This document shows positions 61,643 to 64,000 of a stretch of DNA of 64,000 nt, one piece after another. This DNA comes from Bacteroidales bacterium. Its GTDB lineage: Bacteria > Bacteroidota > Bacteroidia > Bacteroidales > Paludibacteraceae. The number at the start of each line of letters is the position of its first letter. Within the stretch, counting starts at the first letter, position 1. The position numbers and the translations under genes are program-made. Below the pieces are notes generated by a model, which searched no databases, was not told the origin of the DNA, and was given only the letters and a program-made list of their open reading frames with translations. The DNA lies in contig JBBRTR010000001.1 of the NCBI GenBank assembly GCA_038244215.1, forward strand, positions 314-64,313, given 5' to 3'.

Positions 61643-61696
61643 GTACTTGTATTTTAAAAGCGTAAGGGAATATCCAAGGAATTACTCCAAGAAAAT

Positions 61697-62356
61697 TTAT
61701 TCGTTGACAGGAATGTCGATTGGCGTAGGCTTTTCGGGTGTATTTTCCAATACAATTTTGTCAATTTGCATTTTGGAAAGTTTTTTCTCAGTCATCAATT
61801 GAATGTAGATTTGCAGACTTGCCCAAGCGTCGGTAGCTGCATAACGTTGTTGTTGTTCGGTCAGTTCAGTATTTTCCCAGTTTGTTAAACGTTGAGATTT
61901 TGAAATTTTTCGTTCGAAAAGTATGGCGTATATTTTTTGGAGACTCAGTTCCAAAATTCCATAATTTTTTGCAATAGTCTGAATATCAACAAATCCTTCA
62001 GGTCTGAATGTCTGTCTTTTGTTCAAACCCACTAAATCATCCCGCAATGAAAGACCAATTTTAGTAATTCTTTTTTCGCTTAGAAATTTACTCAATTCAC
62101 TTGGTAAATCAATCAGGTTCAATCTGAACAGAAAACAATGATCTAAAGTAGAAATCTGAACCAACGAAACCTTGTGAAACGTTCCGCGTGTAAATGACGG
62201 TTTTGTTTCAGTATCTATGCCTACAACCGAAAAACGACGAAGTTCATCGACGGCCTGCTTTACCTTGGACAAATCGTCCACAACTGTAATTTTGCCTTCA
62301 AATTGAATTACAGGCAAAAGGGTTACTTCATCTTTAGCTATTTTTGCTTTCAACAT
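61697..62356 (-). CDS. 3'-5' exonuclease (DEDDy)
   Basis: GIDTETKP, LVQIS, TNW, YAATDAW. Confidence 0.9.
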   Translation of the reverse strand: MLKAKIAKDEVTLLPVIQFEGKITVVDDLSKVKQAVDELRRFSVVGIDTETKPSFTRGTFHKVSLVQISTLDHCFLFRLNLIDLPSELSKFLSEKRITKIGLSLRDDLVGLNKRQTFRPEGFVDIQTIAKNYGILELSLQKIYAILFERKISKSQRLTNWENTELTEQQQRYAATDAWASLQIYIQLMTEKKLSKMQIDKIVLENTPEKPTPIDIPVNE

Positions 62357-62365
62357 AGTACTGAA

Positions 62366-63004
62366 TTACAATAAATTACTTAATTCTTCTTCTTCATCAT
62401 CATGCAAAAAATTCAGAAATGAATTTCGATCAATTTTATTTCTATTTCCAGATTCTTCATCTAGTTCATCAGCTCCAAAATTATCACTGAATCGAACTGC
62501 ATGCAATGCACGTAAAGCATTCAATAATTTTTGACCCCAATGCTGTCCGAAAGCTTCAAGACAAGCAACCAGTGAATCATTCATAATATCAACGTCTCCC
62601 AACTGATAATTCGCTGCAAAATCTTTTAATTCCTGATAAATATCGGCCAGATTTTCAGACACAAAAGCAGCAATCGGTGTATCACTGATAGCAATATCCG
62701 GATGAAAAACTTCGAGGTACGAGTCATCTTCACCTAATAATTGTTCAACTTGTTCACGAACAAACTGGTAATCGTCCTCATTCACAAAGTGCTCGGTAGA
62801 ATCATCAAACGCGAGTTCAGGAATATCAATCAATGAAGCGTTCAAATATAGAAGTGGTAATATTTTAATAATTTTTTGAGTAAAATCTGTTTTTGAAAAT
62901 TCAGAAGTATGTTCTAAAAATAAACAGGTTTCTGCTGCAACTGTAACAAATTCTATTACTTTTGTGCTGTAAACAATATGGTCAGGCAGTTGATCTAAAT
63001 CCAT
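62366..63004 (-). CDS. DUF5063-like protein
   Basis: IEFVTVAAE, LPLLY, SENLADIYQELKDF, WGQKL. Confidence 0.8.
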   Translation of the reverse strand: MDLDQLPDHIVYSTKVIEFVTVAAETCLFLEHTSEFSKTDFTQKIIKILPLLYLNASLIDIPELAFDDSTEHFVNEDDYQFVREQVEQLLGEDDSYLEVFHPDIAISDTPIAAFVSENLADIYQELKDFAANYQLGDVDIMNDSLVACLEAFGQHWGQKLLNALRALHAVRFSDNFGADELDEESGNRNKIDRNSFLNFLHDDEEEELSNLL

Positions 63005-63208
63005 GGAATAAAATTATTTTATAATCTGTTGCAAAAGTAAGAAAAAATATTCACTCTCTAATATAAAATGCCGGATTTGGGTATATCGTAAGTTTAATGG
63101 ATAAAGAAGAGAATAAATACAGAAAGAATAAACTTATTCAAAATTGAAATGTTATAAATTCAGTACTAATTTACAAAACCAAATATTCATCTTAAAAAAT
63201 CATATTTT

Positions 63209-63460
63209 ATGGAAGACAGACTTATTACATTAAAAAACTACGAATCGATGGTTGATGCCATGTTCGATCAGGAATTATTGAAAGAAAACAACATTGAAAG
63301 TTCCATAAATAATGAAAATAGTGTGGACTTACTGCCCATGTTTGGTGAAATAAACGAAGGATTACGGATTGTAGTTTTCGAAAAAGATTTCGAACAGGCA
63401 ATAAAAATTCTTACTGAATACAATGATGCAGTAGATGCTGAAGAATTAAGTTCAAAATAA
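63209..63460 (+). CDS. DUF2007-like putative signal-transducing protein
   Basis: LKENNIES, LRIVVFEKDFEQAIKIL. Confidence 0.7.
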   Translation: MEDRLITLKNYESMVDAMFDQELLKENNIESSINNENSVDLLPMFGEINEGLRIVVFEKDFEQAIKILTEYNDAVDAEELSSK

Positions 63461-63901
63461 GTCTTTAAACTTTTTTCCTGAAACCGGATGAGTCAGATCC
63501 GGTGCAATTTCTGTCAATGGAATCAGAACAAAATCCCGATCTGCGATAAGCGGATGCGGGATTTTTAGTGTAGGTTGATTAATTATTAATCTGTCGTACA
63601 ACAAGATATCAATATCAATAATCCTATCGGTATATTCTGAATCAGTTTTAGATGTTCGACCCAGTTGTTTTTCAATTTCCTGCGTTTTTAACAATAAATC
63701 AAAAGGTGAAAGTTGAGTTTCAACCAGAACTACAGCATTCAGAAATTCATTTTCCGACTTGAATCCCCACGGTTTTGAGGTATAAAAAGTGGATTGGCTT
63801 ATTACATTTCCAACCTCCATTGCTAAAGCCAACATAGCATCATTCAGATTCCGTTCTTTATCGCCTAAATTTGTACCGAGTCCTAAATAAACTAATCCCA
63901 T
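63452..63901 (-). CDS. folK: 6-hydroxymethyl-7,8-dihydropterin pyrophosphokinase
   Basis: YLGLGTNLG, FLNAV, RIIDIDIL, IPHP, RDFVL.PL. Confidence 0.97.
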   Translation of the reverse strand: MGLVYLGLGTNLGDKERNLNDAMLALAMEVGNVISQSTFYTSKPWGFKSENEFLNAVVLVETQLSPFDLLLKTQEIEKQLGRTSKTDSEYTDRIIDIDILLYDRLIINQPTLKIPHPLIADRDFVLIPLTEIAPDLTHPVSGKKFKDLF

Positions 63902-64000
63902 TTTAATTCATAATTTAGACAAAGATAAAGATTTTTCAGCAGTAAATTGGAAACAGTAAACTCTAAGTTTTTAGAGGCAATATCATTCTACAAATTTTTT

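Overview
AT-rich bacterial chromosomal window that looks Bacteroidota/Bacteroidales (recurrent TAnnTTTG -7 promoter boxes, a T9SS-type C-terminal domain, Bacteroidales-like gene content; a Paludibacter-like origin is my inference). It is mostly housekeeping: the menaquinone operon menI-F-D-B-A-C, glgB, pheS, nagB, uvrA, rlmD, nadB, ssb, ade, ribF, dcp, thrC, rpe, rlmI, folK, ComEA/ComEC and one tRNA(CAT). Three things stand out. (1) A ~1 kb gene-free composite repeat locus at 25.8-26.9 kb: a GTAG palindrome, back-to-back promoter boxes, six 41-bp hairpin repeats, four 42-bp repeats and two identical 112-bp four-hairpin elements with covarying ends. (2) An AT-rich four-gene operon at 41.5-47.6 kb joining a Planctomycete-type DUF1549/DUF1553 + DUF1501 + PPC-domain module to an FkbO/Hyg5-like Rid-fold enzyme. 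(3) A family of C-run/G-run palindromic elements that form MITE-like doublets, sit in-frame inside uvrA twice, supply the start of menA and contain the stop codons of menD and menF. All family calls come from motif recognition by eye; no database searches were run.
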